Notes: a model not told the origin generated them from the sequence alone. Shown: positions 26,116-35,589, counted from the first letter of the stretch. The stretch: 64,000 nt of DNA from Bacillota bacterium (GCA_023436245.1 JAEZJZ010000046.1:16681-80680), one strand, 5' to 3'. A program made the numbers and translations.

Positions 26116-26697
26116 TTACTCGCCTGCAATCGGAATGTCAGTCAACGAAGAGCGGTAATCAGCCAGCTTGCCTTCATAAACCAGCATTACGCGTTCGCTC
26201 TTCTGGAAGTCGGCTGGCGTGACCAAGCCACAGGGCTTACTGAACAACCGCACCCCGCCTTGCTCCAAGGCCGTGGAGACAAACTGCGAACAGAAATAAC
26301 TATACTGCCTGTCAACCGGGTAGCCGGCCGCCACACCCGCGAATCCGATCAGGTTGAAACTGTACTTTTCCTTCTGGCGCTCAAAACCCCGCACACTCTC
26401 CCGCACGGCCAGCCATTCGTCTGCAGACACCGGTAGTTCGTAGAGAGCGCAGCGCGTCTCGGAGAAGTAGGCGAACGTGCCGGAATCCACGTGCTCCTGT
26501 ACGAACCCGCCGATGAACGGGTTTCTGGGCTGCAGCCGGCCGAAGCTGAACAACTCGTTCAGATTGCGATCAAAACCGAGGGATACATGGTTATATGGTT
26601 CACCCGTGTACAAACCGATGGCTCGAGTGATCAAAGAATAGGTATTAGAGAGCAGAATATAGAGTCTGGCGTTGGCAACTGCTCGATCAACTTGCAT
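26116..26697 (-). CDS. permuted papain-like (YiiX/NlpC-P60-type) cysteine hydrolase, putative
   Basis: GGAGGTG lies 6 nt before ATG 26697. His (PYNHVSLGF) precedes the candidate nucleophile Cys (YFCSQFV), as in permuted C92-type amidases. The family call is tentative. Confidence 0.55.
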   Translation of the reverse strand: MQVDRAVANARLYILLSNTYSLITRAIGLYTGEPYNHVSLGFDRNLNELFSFGRLQPRNPFIGGFVQEHVDSGTFAYFSETRCALYELPVSADEWLAVRESVRGFERQKEKYSFNLIGFAGVAAGYPVDRQYSYFCSQFVSTALEQGGVRLFSKPCGLVTPADFQKSERVMLVYEGKLADYRSSLTDIPIAGE

Positions 26698-26866
26698 CGC
26701 GCCCACCTCCAGAAAATTAGCCTAGATACTTCTAGTATAATCGCGAACACGCTCTCCAGCAAACGGCAATAGGCGGAAAAAGCATATTATCCATTCTCAA
26801 CTAGCGACCAGATTAGAGATTTCTTTAACTTTTTGCATTCTAATATTAATGATTTTAAGGAACATA

Positions 26867-26895
26867 TTGACTGCGTGGTTTCTTGCCTCTATAAT
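26867..26895 (+). promoter_or_regulatory. near-consensus sigma-A promoter in an AT-rich island
   Basis: TTGACT (26867-26872), exactly 17 nt, TATAAT (26890-26895), about 50 nt upstream of the ABC exporter start. Confidence 0.7.
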
Positions 26896-26946
26896 CCATC
26901 ATAGAAGGTTAATTTTATCAACGAGGTAATTCAAGGAGGCAAGGTC

Positions 26947-28713
26947 ATGCAGGAGAAAAGCAAGGTTTCGAAGCAGTTGGCCCCGCTCTGGCCTTATGTC
27001 AGAAAACGCTGGCACCTACTGGTGGGCATCGTAGTTGCCGTGATCACGGGAGTGGGCGCAAACTTGCTCGTGTCCCGCGAACTGGGCGCCAGCGTCGACT
27101 TCGGCCTGGCTGGCGACATGTCCGGCTTCTTGCGCAGCCTGCTGGTGATCGTCGTCGCCTCCACCATTTCGGACGGAGCCTTCTTCACCCGCAGCGCATT
27201 GGCTGGTCGAGTCGCCGAGCAAATCTGCCATCAATTGCGAGTCGCCGCCGTCACCCACCTCAGTCACGCCAAGCCTCAAGCCCTACAGGGCACTCACAGC
27301 GGCGACTACACTTCCCGTCTGAGCAATGACCTAACCCTGGTGCGCGCCCTGTTCGCATCGGAAGCAGTGATGTTGATTCGTGCTCCCCTGCAGTGCGCAC
27401 TTTCTTTGGGTCTGATGCTGCTCGTCTCCTGGAGGCTGACCCTGCTCTCCGTGGCCATTATCCCCCTTTTGATGCTGCTCTCCAACCGCGTCAGCCAGCC
27501 GATCAATGCACAGTCACAGATCGCGCAGGCGGAGCTGTCCAAGGTGACAGCACTATCACAGGATGCCATCCAGGGCACGCTGGTTACCAAGACGTTCAAC
27601 CTGCAGCAGACAATGGCAGACCGCTACTGTGCGGCTGGACAGCGGCACGTTTCGGCGGCGATCAGCTTGGCAGGCAGCCAGGCCACCCTGCGCGCTGTCT
27701 CCTTCCTGATCGACTTGGCTCCCCTGTTGGTACTGTTCGGGTTGGGTGGGTACGAGGTGATTAGGGGCCGCCTCAGCTTGGGCGACATCATCGTGCTGCT
27801 CAATCTGGTCGGTAACCTCAGTTGGCCGTTGCAGATGATGGTGCAGGCGATGGGGCGAGTGAAGGCCACTGGACCGGCTGTGGCCAGGACCTTCGCCATC
27901 TTCGACCTGCCGCTGGAGCGCTCCGGCGGGAGCTCGCCAGTGACTACACCAGCAGCCGAGGCGGCAATCGAAGTGGCCGATCTTCACTTCTCCTACGGCG
28001 ATGAACAACCTGTGCTCAATCGGTTCAACCTGCGGGTCAACACTGGGGAGACGGTGGCGATCGTGGGTCCGAGTGGCGCTGGCAAGAGCACCCTACTCTC
28101 CCTGCTGCTCGGTCTGCTTGAGCCTGACGCGGGGGAAATCCGGGTCAACGGGCAGTCCGCCGCTGACTTGACTCTGGCCCATCTGCGGAGTCAGTTCTGC
28201 TACGTGCCGCAGGAGCCGACCTTGTTTGCGGCGAGCGTACGCGACAATATCCGCTTGGGAAGACCGGAAGCCACGAACGAACTGGTTCTGGCTGCCGCCA
28301 GGCAAGCCTTTGCACATGAGTTCATCAGCGCTCTACCTGCGGGCTACGACACCATCCTTGGAGAGAACGGGCAGGGGCTTTCTGGCGGACAGAAGCAGCG
28401 CATCGCCATCGCTCGGGCGTTTCTGCAGGATGCTCCGATTCTGTTGCTGGATGAAGCCACCTCCGCGTTGGATACCGAATCTGAAGCGAGGATTCAGTTG
28501 GCAACTGAGGCTCTGCGCCAGGGGCGTACCATGCTGGTGGTGGCCCATCGCCTCTCCACCATCCAATCGGCCGATCGGATTGCTGTGCTCGACCAAGGCC
28601 GAGTGGTTGAACTGGGTAGGCACGCCGACCTGATCGAGCAGTCCGGCCTGTACGCTTCACTGTACGAGAAGCAGCTGTCCTGCCAGGAGCACAACCTGGC
28701 GGCCAATTCTTAA
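26947..28713 (+). CDS. ABC exporter, fused permease/ATPase (half-transporter 1)
   Basis: N-terminal six-helix TMD. Walker A GPSGAGKST, signature LSGGQKQR, Walker B LLLDEATS, H-loop VAHRL. Confidence 0.9.
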   Translation: MQEKSKVSKQLAPLWPYVRKRWHLLVGIVVAVITGVGANLLVSRELGASVDFGLAGDMSGFLRSLLVIVVASTISDGAFFTRSALAGRVAEQICHQLRVAAVTHLSHAKPQALQGTHSGDYTSRLSNDLTLVRALFASEAVMLIRAPLQCALSLGLMLLVSWRLTLLSVAIIPLLMLLSNRVSQPINAQSQIAQAELSKVTALSQDAIQGTLVTKTFNLQQTMADRYCAAGQRHVSAAISLAGSQATLRAVSFLIDLAPLLVLFGLGGYEVIRGRLSLGDIIVLLNLVGNLSWPLQMMVQAMGRVKATGPAVARTFAIFDLPLERSGGSSPVTTPAAEAAIEVADLHFSYGDEQPVLNRFNLRVNTGETVAIVGPSGAGKSTLLSLLLGLLEPDAGEIRVNGQSAADLTLAHLRSQFCYVPQEPTLFAASVRDNIRLGRPEATNELVLAAARQAFAHEFISALPAGYDTILGENGQGLSGGQKQRIAIARAFLQDAPILLLDEATSALDTESEARIQLATEALRQGRTMLVVAHRLSTIQSADRIAVLDQGRVVELGRHADLIEQSGLYASLYEKQLSCQEHNLAANS

Positions 28714-28727
28714 GGAGGGTCGTGGCG

Positions 28728-30461
28728 ATGAAGACTAGACCAACCCTGCAGAGACTCTTCGGCTACTTGAGTGGGTATCGGCGCACCTATCTGGCGGGCT
28801 ATGGCTCAGAAGTAGCAGTGGAAGTTGCGCTTGAACTGACCTTAGCCTATCTGATCAAGGAACTGACCAACGCCGCTGTGCATCTGGACCTGCAACTCTT
28901 GCTGCAGGTTGCGGCCGTCTGCACCGGAATCACGCTGGCGGCAGTGCTCGTTCTGCCCGCTGCCATCCGCGCCCAGAAGGGAGCGGCCGAACAAGCGGGG
29001 CTTGACCTACGCCAGGCAGTCTTCCAACAGATCAACCGGTTGCCGCAGGCGCAACTGGAAAAGATGCACAGTGGCGATCTGGTCTCCCGCCTAACAAACG
29101 ATGTGACCGCCGCCAAGGATGCATTCGGCTCCGTGCTGATCCAGGTGGGCGTCACCGTCTGCGTGGGCCTGGGCTGCGCACTCTACATGTTCCTCTTGAG
29201 CTGGAAATTGGCGCTGGTGGCTCTCACCTTCGGCCTGCTCCCCTACTGCTTCAACCGCCTCACAGCCAAACGCCTGCGGCAGCGCAGCAGCGCTGTGCAA
29301 TCGGGCCTGGGCAACCTCAATGCCCATCTGAAGGATATACTCACAGGCGGGAGAGTGTTGCGCGCCTACCGTCAGGAGGAGCGCTTCATCACGGCATACG
29401 ATACCACCAGCCGAGAGACGCTGCGGCACGGTCTCGGCCGGGTGTGGCTGCAGAGCTTTGTGAACACGGCCAACGGCTTCTTCTCGAGCTTGGGACTGAT
29501 TGGACTGCTGTCGCTGGCCAGCTACCTGATCATCACCAGACAGATCAGTCCCGGGGCGGCGATCGCAGCCGTGCAGTTGATGACCCGCATGATCCGCCCC
29601 TTTCAGGTTCTGGGAGACCTCTGGGGGCAACTGCAGCACTCGTTGGCGGCAGCCGATCGTCTCTTCGTCATTCTGGACTCTGAGCCGGAGAGCTTGGCTG
29701 CGACAGGTGCGCCGGCACCCGACTGCCACGAGGAGGGCCTGCGACTGGTTGACGTGAGCTTTAGCTATGGCGAGAGGGCTGCAATCTCCGGCATCAATCT
29801 GACAGTGCCCAGGGGGCAGACGATCGCCCTGGTCGGCCCCAGCGGAAGCGGCAAGAGCACGTTGTTCAAGTTGCTGCTCGGTCTCTACCAGGCAGAGGGC
29901 GGAGCTATCTTGCTGAATGGCGCGAACATCCGCAACCTGGGGCTGCAGCGGCTGCGCGCGCAGATCGCCTTCGTGCCACAGGACTCGTACCTGTACGCGG
30001 GAACAATCAGCGAAAACATCGCTTACGGTCGTCCCGGCGCCAGTCGGGAGGAGATCATGCAGGCGGCACAGGATGCCAACGCCCATGACTTCATCATGAC
30101 CCTGCCGCAGGGATATGACACCCCGGTCGGTGAAAGAGGTAATCAGCTCTCAGGCGGCCAGCGACAGCGCATCAGTATTGCCCGGGCAATACTAAAAGAC
30201 GCCCCCTTCCTGCTCTTGGACGAGGCGACATCCAGTCTGGACAGCGAGTCAGAGGGGCTGGTGCAGAACGCGCTGACGCGGTTGATGGCGGGTCGCACCA
30301 CCCTGGTGATTGCCCACCGCCTCTCCACCATTCAGCATGCCGACTGCATTCACGTGCTGTCAGACGGCCAGATCGTGGAGTCAGGCACACACGACGAGTT
30401 GCTGGCCCAAGACGGGCTCTATCGACATCTCTATACCATGCAGGAACACCAGGCCGCATAG
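28728..30461 (+). CDS. ABC exporter, fused permease/ATPase (half-transporter 2)
   Basis: GGAGGG lies 8 nt before ATG 28728. GPSGSGKST, LSGGQRQR, LLLDEATS and IAHRL are present. It is probably the heterodimer partner of the upstream gene. Confidence 0.9.
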   Translation: MKTRPTLQRLFGYLSGYRRTYLAGYGSEVAVEVALELTLAYLIKELTNAAVHLDLQLLLQVAAVCTGITLAAVLVLPAAIRAQKGAAEQAGLDLRQAVFQQINRLPQAQLEKMHSGDLVSRLTNDVTAAKDAFGSVLIQVGVTVCVGLGCALYMFLLSWKLALVALTFGLLPYCFNRLTAKRLRQRSSAVQSGLGNLNAHLKDILTGGRVLRAYRQEERFITAYDTTSRETLRHGLGRVWLQSFVNTANGFFSSLGLIGLLSLASYLIITRQISPGAAIAAVQLMTRMIRPFQVLGDLWGQLQHSLAAADRLFVILDSEPESLAATGAPAPDCHEEGLRLVDVSFSYGERAAISGINLTVPRGQTIALVGPSGSGKSTLFKLLLGLYQAEGGAILLNGANIRNLGLQRLRAQIAFVPQDSYLYAGTISENIAYGRPGASREEIMQAAQDANAHDFIMTLPQGYDTPVGERGNQLSGGQRQRISIARAILKDAPFLLLDEATSSLDSESEGLVQNALTRLMAGRTTLVIAHRLSTIQHADCIHVLSDGQIVESGTHDELLAQDGLYRHLYTMQEHQAA

Positions 30462-30471
30462 ACTCAGCGAA

Positions 30472-30518
30472 GCCGCCGTTTGGAACGCGGGGACAGTCCC
30501 CCCGTTCCAAACGGTGGC
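30472..30518 (+). terminator. long hairpin after the ABC exporter pair
   Basis: GCCGCCGTTTGGAACGCGGGG / CCCCCCGTTCCAAACGGTGGC, a ~20-bp imperfect stem. No U-tract. Confidence 0.5.
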
Positions 30519-30586
30519 TGTTGCTTGCAGGAATTTCCTTCTGGCATGGCGAAAGAGGCAGCAACCACTTACTGGGAGGCGATCTG

Positions 30587-31777
30587 ATGCGCAGACGACC
30601 AGCACTCACACTGATCGTTCCACTGCTCTTCCTGGCTCTACTCTTGGGCTCCTGCTCCCGACCACCTACCACTCTGACTAGCGAACAGAAGTTGGCCGAT
30701 TTTGAGTACCTGTGGCAGGTGCTGCACGATGAGTTCCCCATGTTTGGCGTGACCGAGCGGCAGTACGGCGTGCGCTGGCTGGAAAACTACGATCAGTATC
30801 GCCAGAGCGTGGCTGAGAGCAAGCACGATCTCGATTTCGCGGAGGCGATGGACAGGATGCTGCGAGATCTGCACCAGGGGCATACCCATCTTCTCTCGCC
30901 TAACGAATATGCGGCCTTTGTGGCTATGTTATCGGAGCCTGCATTGAGGGAGATGCATCAGGTGAAGGTGATGAACCTGGTGCTGCAGGAGCCGGATGTA
31001 ATCGAACGCTATCAAATCTGGGGCAAAGCGGTCAAGGTTTCGACTGCGCCGAATCTTGGCGCGGTCATTCCGAAGGATAACGTAATCACCCGCATCGAGG
31101 TCCCCGACCAAGTGGCCTATTTGCGTTTGGCGAGCATGGCAGAATACGCCGACGATGACGCCAGGATCGCAGATTTCCTGGCGAGCATCAGCGATTACCC
31201 CTATCTGATCATCGACATTCGCAGCAATGGCGGGGGCAGCGACCTCACCTGGATGAAGAAGATTGTCGCCCCGCTGCTGCAGAGTCCGATCAGCTACACC
31301 AGCTACAAGGTACTGCGCGGAGGTGACTTGGCAGAAAACTACTGGGGCGTCCAGCGCAACCTGCTGCCCATCGATGTACTACCGAAAGCGCCATGTTACC
31401 CGCCGGAGGTGTTCAGTGACTTCCGCTACGCCGAGAAGACCGAAGCGACAATCAAACCTTCTGGAAGCGGCTTCGGCGGCGAAATCTACCTGCTGGTCAA
31501 CCGGGGTGTGTTCTCGGCCTCAGAGGGTTTCGCCTGTTTCGCCAAGTGCACTGGCTGGGCCACGTTGGTGGGACAGCGCACCGGCGGAGATGGCATGGGC
31601 TCCACTCCCATACTGATCAAGCTACCCGAAAGCGGCTTGCTGGTAAGGATGCGACTGGAGATGACCCTTAACCCAAATGGCAGCAGCAACTCCGAGTACG
31701 GAACTGCGCCGGATATCACGGTCGCTCCGACTGAAGACTCGCTATCCAAGACACTTGAACTAATTCAGTCACGATGA
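30587..31777 (+). CDS. S41-family peptidase, lipoprotein
   Basis: GGGAGG lies 7 nt before ATG 30587. Lipobox LLLGSC. IIDIRSNGGGS and LVNRGVFSASEGF match S41 catalytic-region motifs. Confidence 0.8.
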   Translation: MRRRPALTLIVPLLFLALLLGSCSRPPTTLTSEQKLADFEYLWQVLHDEFPMFGVTERQYGVRWLENYDQYRQSVAESKHDLDFAEAMDRMLRDLHQGHTHLLSPNEYAAFVAMLSEPALREMHQVKVMNLVLQEPDVIERYQIWGKAVKVSTAPNLGAVIPKDNVITRIEVPDQVAYLRLASMAEYADDDARIADFLASISDYPYLIIDIRSNGGGSDLTWMKKIVAPLLQSPISYTSYKVLRGGDLAENYWGVQRNLLPIDVLPKAPCYPPEVFSDFRYAEKTEATIKPSGSGFGGEIYLLVNRGVFSASEGFACFAKCTGWATLVGQRTGGDGMGSTPILIKLPESGLLVRMRLEMTLNPNGSSNSEYGTAPDITVAPTEDSLSKTLELIQSR

Positions 31778-31782
31778 AGGTG

Positions 31783-31817
31783 AGGGGCACGCAAGGCATG
31801 AAGCCGCGCGTGCCCCT
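31783..31817 (+). terminator. hairpin after the S41 peptidase gene
   Basis: 10-bp stem AGGGGCACGC / GCGTGCCCCT with a 15-nt loop. No U-tract. Confidence 0.35.
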
Positions 31818-31876
31818 GTCACATGAAAAGTGCCGGCGTCGGCAGGGCATGCTAGTTGGGGAAGAAGGTGGGCAAA

Positions 31877-32539
31877 GTGGCAGAACGGGTAGAAGCTTTT
31901 CTGGGAGAGTATGCGGCAGGAAAAAGTGAACTGGCAGTCAACCGGGCGTTGGCTTGCCTTGGGCAGGGCGAGCAGGTGACGCTGGTAGATCTTGACTTGG
32001 TGGAGCCGACCTATACTCTCCGGCCACTCCGGTCGAGGCTGACTGAACTGGGCCTCACGGTGGTTGCCTGGTCCACGGAGGAGACGACCGGGCTGGGCGA
32101 AGCCGGAATGACGCTAAACCCGGCAGCTAAGTCGGCTCTCCGGCGACCGGGAACGGTGATTCTAGACGTAGGTTATGGCCCATATGGCAGCAGCGTGCTC
32201 AACCTGATCGACGGAGCCTGGGGGCACCCGCAGCTAGAGCAGCATCTGGTGATCAACACAGCCAGGCCGCTGACCAGTTCAGTCGATTTGATCATAGAGG
32301 AGGCGGCGCGCTTTCAGGGTTTGACCGACCTAATCAACAACACGCATCTTGGCCATGAGACTACCGTTTCAGACGTAGAGCGCGGGGCGGAGGTGGTTTC
32401 CGCCGCCGCAGATAAGCTGGGCATCCCTATGCTGGCCAGTTGCGCGCTGGAGGAGCTGGCGGCAGAGATTGGCCCGTTGGACTCTGTGGGCTGCCTAATC
32501 TGGCCCCTCCATCGTTATATGCAAGACGCGTTCTGGTAA
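31877..32539 (+). CDS. P-loop ATPase distantly resembling the MinD/ParA/CooC family
   Basis: Walker A GEYAAGKS lies near the N-terminus if GTG 31877 is the start (TTG 31856 in the ORF track). VTLVDLDLVEP and VILDVGYGP resemble the A' and B boxes. The KGG deviant lysine is absent. Confidence 0.6.
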   Translation: MAERVEAFLGEYAAGKSELAVNRALACLGQGEQVTLVDLDLVEPTYTLRPLRSRLTELGLTVVAWSTEETTGLGEAGMTLNPAAKSALRRPGTVILDVGYGPYGSSVLNLIDGAWGHPQLEQHLVINTARPLTSSVDLIIEEAARFQGLTDLINNTHLGHETTVSDVERGAEVVSAAADKLGIPMLASCALEELAAEIGPLDSVGCLIWPLHRYMQDAFW

Positions 32540-32564
32540 AGCCCCATGATTGAGCTCAAGCCAG

Positions 32565-32617
32565 GTCATCCTGAGCGCACGCGAGGGGTCCAGATTCTTC
32601 GCCGCGTTCGGAATGAC
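32565..32617. repeat. inverted pair of a ~25-nt motif GTCATyCyGArCGC..GCGArGrrTC
   Basis: GTCATCCTGAGCGCACGCGAGGGGTC (32565-32590) faces GATTCTTCGCCGCGTTCGGAATGAC (32593-32617). A third copy, GTCATTCTGAGCGCAGCGAAGAGTCTC, lies at 49940-49966. Confidence 0.55.
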
Positions 32618-32620
32618 ACT

Positions 32621-32653
32621 AGATGAGACGAAGGGTCTGGCCCTTCGTCTCAT
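32621..32653 (+). terminator. hairpin upstream of the oxidoreductase operon
   Basis: 14-bp stem GATGAGACGAAGGG / CCCTTCGTCTCATC with a 5-nt loop. Confidence 0.55.
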
Positions 32654-32701
32654 CCGACAGGGCTCTCGAAAAAGTCGTCAATGTTTGAGGAGGTAGTGAC
32701 T

Positions 32702-33808
32702 ATGCCCCAAATTGTTCCGGCGGAACAGCGCATGTTCATGACCGGCAACGAGGTGATCGCCTGGGCAGCGCTGGCTGCCGGCGCGGAAATCATGTACGGC
32801 TACCCAATCACCCCGCAAAATGAAGTGATGCACTATTGGACCAGACTGGCTCCCAAGTTCCAGACCAAGTTCCTGCAGACAGAGGACGAACTGTCTGCAG
32901 GATTCACCACCATCGGCGGGGTGATGGCCGGCAAGAAGGCTTTTTCTGCGACGGCCGGACCGGGGAATGTGTTGATGCAGGAGCCGATCAGCATGGCGGA
33001 GATGATGCGCATCCCCGCTGTCTGGTTCATCCAGCAGCGGGGCGGCCCTTCCACGGCCACAGTGATCTACTCCCAACAGGAGACGCGCCTGACCTGCTTC
33101 GGCGGCAACGGCGAAGGGCACCGCCTGGTCTACTCCACCGCGACCCACCAGGAGGTGTTCGATTACACCATCAAAGCCTTCAACAACGCCTGGACCTACC
33201 GCTTTCCAACTTTCGTACTCGGTGACGGTTATCAGGCGAAGATGCGGGAGGCGCTGACCCTCTACAACCCGGAGGAGAGGGGCATAGATCTGGTGGCCAC
33301 TGAGCGCATGGTTGGCAACCCCGGTACTCCGGAACAGGACCGGCCGGTGGCGCATCATCGCAACACCTTCAATGTGGAGGAAGAGCTCTACGACCTGCTG
33401 CAGCAACACATCCGGGACTGGAACCAGATGGCGGTAGAAACGGTGGAATGGGACAGCCGCGGCCAGGGTGAAGTCGACTTGCTGCTGGTGGCACACGGGG
33501 TAGTTTCCCGGGCAACGTTGGCGGCCTACGACGAGCTGACCGCCGCTGGGGTGAAGGTGGCCTACTTCCGCCCGATCACCCTCCGCCCCTTCCCCAGCCA
33601 AGCACTGACGGAGGTAGCCAATCGCAGTCGGCTGCTGCTGGTGGTGGAGTCGGCCCAGGGACAACTGCTGTCGATGGTGCGGGACGCCCTCTATGGCCAG
33701 AGCAGCACTTCCATTGAGGGCCTGCTCAAGCCGGGCGTCGGCGTGACTTCCGATGAAGTGGTGGCCAAGGTCAAAGGATACCTGCACGACGAGGGGAGGA
33801 ACAGCTGA
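32702..33808 (+). CDS. 2-oxoacid:ferredoxin oxidoreductase, alpha subunit
   Basis: GAGGAGG lies 8 nt before ATG 32702. MTGNEVIAWAALAAGAEIMYGYPITPQNEV is the typical alpha-subunit N-terminus. Substrate specificity cannot be read from the sequence. Confidence 0.88.
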   Translation: MPQIVPAEQRMFMTGNEVIAWAALAAGAEIMYGYPITPQNEVMHYWTRLAPKFQTKFLQTEDELSAGFTTIGGVMAGKKAFSATAGPGNVLMQEPISMAEMMRIPAVWFIQQRGGPSTATVIYSQQETRLTCFGGNGEGHRLVYSTATHQEVFDYTIKAFNNAWTYRFPTFVLGDGYQAKMREALTLYNPEERGIDLVATERMVGNPGTPEQDRPVAHHRNTFNVEEELYDLLQQHIRDWNQMAVETVEWDSRGQGEVDLLLVAHGVVSRATLAAYDELTAAGVKVAYFRPITLRPFPSQALTEVANRSRLLLVVESAQGQLLSMVRDALYGQSSTSIEGLLKPGVGVTSDEVVAKVKGYLHDEGRNS

Positions 33809-34578
33809 TGGAGATCATCCATTCGTCGAATGAAGCCATGCCGCGCGCCTGGCGACGTGAGACCAAGCCCCACCGCTTCTGCCCCGGCTGCGGACACGGC
33901 ATCTTTCTGAAGGCACTGGGCGAAGCCATCGATGAACTGCAGATCTGGGACCGCGTGGTCTTCGGGTGCGACATCGGCTGTTCCCTGCTGGCCTGGGATC
34001 TCTTGAATGTGGACAGCATTCAGACGCACCATGGCCGCACCATTCCGGTGGTCGTGGGCGCCAAGCGGGCCAATCCGGAGTTGGTGGTAGTCGCCTACAT
34101 GGGTGATGGTGGTGGCTATGCCATCGGATCTCAGCACCTGGTCAACGCCGCCATGCGCAATGAGCACATCACCGTGCTGCTAGCGAACAACACCGTCTAC
34201 GCCATGACCGGCGGACAGATGGCCCCCACCACCCTCCCCGGGCAGGAAACAGGCACCACTCCTTACGGGCGGGATGTGTCACAGACCGGCAACCCAACTC
34301 TCGGACCAGAAATGGCTGCCGCCATCACTGGCCCGCGCGCCTATATCGCCCGTGGCTCTGTCTCCAACTACCGTCGCTTGAAAACCTACGTGAAGAAGGC
34401 GCTGGAAAACCAGCTGGCCGGCAAGGGGTTCAGCTTTGTGGAGGCTCTATCCGGCTGCCCCACGAACTGGCGCACCAACGCCAAGCAGACCTGGAGCTTC
34501 ATCGATGACGAGATGAGCAAATTCTTCCCGCTGGGAGAACTGAAGACCCCGACCGCTGGGGGTGAAGCAGATGAGTAA
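33808..34578 (+). CDS. 2-oxoacid:ferredoxin oxidoreductase, beta (TPP-binding) subunit
   Basis: Start overlaps the alpha stop (TGATG). FCPGCGHG and the TPP motif YMGDGGGYAIG...NN are present. Confidence 0.88.
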   Translation: MEIIHSSNEAMPRAWRRETKPHRFCPGCGHGIFLKALGEAIDELQIWDRVVFGCDIGCSLLAWDLLNVDSIQTHHGRTIPVVVGAKRANPELVVVAYMGDGGGYAIGSQHLVNAAMRNEHITVLLANNTVYAMTGGQMAPTTLPGQETGTTPYGRDVSQTGNPTLGPEMAAAITGPRAYIARGSVSNYRRLKTYVKKALENQLAGKGFSFVEALSGCPTNWRTNAKQTWSFIDDEMSKFFPLGELKTPTAGGEADE

Positions 34579-35263
34579 AGTCTTGTGGCGCATCGCCCTG
34601 GCCGGCGAAGGCGGACAGGGCATCCAAGTAGTGGGCGAGATCCTGGCGGAAGCGGCCTACATGGCCGGCAAGGAATCGATCTACATTCCGAACTTTGGGG
34701 TCGAGCAACGCGGAGGCGTGTCCATCGCCTTTGTGCAGATTTCGGATCGTCCGATCGGCTCGCCCAAGTTTGCTGAAGCGGACATTCTGGTGCCGCTGAG
34801 CAAGCGGGCCATCGCTCGCACCAAACAGTACATTCAGTCGCAGACGCTGTACATCTACGAGTGTTCTGCCTTGGAAGTGCCCCACCTGAACGATCAGGCG
34901 ATCGGCATTCAGGCCTGGGACACGGTCACGCCGGAGGCCTTCAGCCTGATGGTTGGGCGCCAGCCAGACGAACCCGGACAACCGCCACACGGCACCGACT
35001 TGCGGCCTGGTCGCATCATCGGCATCAAGGCGGCCGAAATCGCCAAGAACGAACTGCAGCCTCGAGTGTTCAACATCATCATCCTCGGGGCTATCGTCGG
35101 CGCGAGTGACGTACTACCCGTAGAAACCGTGCGAGCAGCAATCGAGGCCAAGCTGGGTGACAAGTTCGCCAGCAGGCCCGAACTGCGGGAGCTGAACTAC
35201 CGGGCGTTCGATCGCGGCGTGGAGTTGGCCAGGGCTAATCTGCGAGAGGGGGCGAAAGCTTGA
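34571..35263 (+). CDS. 2-oxoacid:ferredoxin oxidoreductase, gamma subunit
   Basis: RIALAGEGGQGIQVVGEILAEAAYMAGK...NFGVEQRGG is typical of gamma subunits. Start is ATG 34571 or 34562, overlapping the beta 3' end. Confidence 0.85.
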   Translation: MSKVLWRIALAGEGGQGIQVVGEILAEAAYMAGKESIYIPNFGVEQRGGVSIAFVQISDRPIGSPKFAEADILVPLSKRAIARTKQYIQSQTLYIYECSALEVPHLNDQAIGIQAWDTVTPEAFSLMVGRQPDEPGQPPHGTDLRPGRIIGIKAAEIAKNELQPRVFNIIILGAIVGASDVLPVETVRAAIEAKLGDKFASRPELRELNYRAFDRGVELARANLREGAKA

Positions 35264-35589
35264 ACCAGACGAAACTGGAGTTCACCGGGGAACGCTACTA
35301 TCCCCCGCGCGGCACTTGGACAGTGTTCGTCGAGCTCTGTAAGGGCTGCGGGCTCTGCATCGAAAAGTGCCCCACCCATGTCATTCGCTGGTCGGACCGG
35401 CTGAGCAACTACGGCACTCCGCGGGTGGAAGTGGACGCCGAGGGCTGCATCGTCTGCAACATGTGTGCTCTGCACTGCCCGGACGCAGCCATCAGCGTGG
35501 AAGTGCTGAAGCCGCCCAGCAAAGCTGATCGGGCGGACAAAGCGACCGCAAGGCAGCAGGACCCGGAAGGGGTAACCTGCACCCCATAA
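35260..35589 (+). CDS. 4Fe-4S dicluster ferredoxin-type delta subunit
   Basis: Two CxxCxxCxxxCP motifs (CKGCGLCIEKCP and CIVCNMCALHCP). 4-nt overlap with the gamma gene. Confidence 0.85.
   Translation: MNQTKLEFTGERYYPPRGTWTVFVELCKGCGLCIEKCPTHVIRWSDRLSNYGTPRVEVDAEGCIVCNMCALHCPDAAISVEVLKPPSKADRADKATARQQDPEGVTCTP

Noticed and set aside
29091-30086. 331-aa ORF on the minus strand
   Set aside because: It is antisense to the second ABC exporter gene, whose Walker and signature motifs define the real frame.
32678-33787. 369-aa ORF on the minus strand
   Set aside because: It lies entirely antisense to the oxidoreductase alpha-subunit gene, which has clear family motifs and an SD. Its translation is His/Arg/Gly/Leu-rich low-complexity sequence, typical of shadow ORFs in GC-rich DNA.
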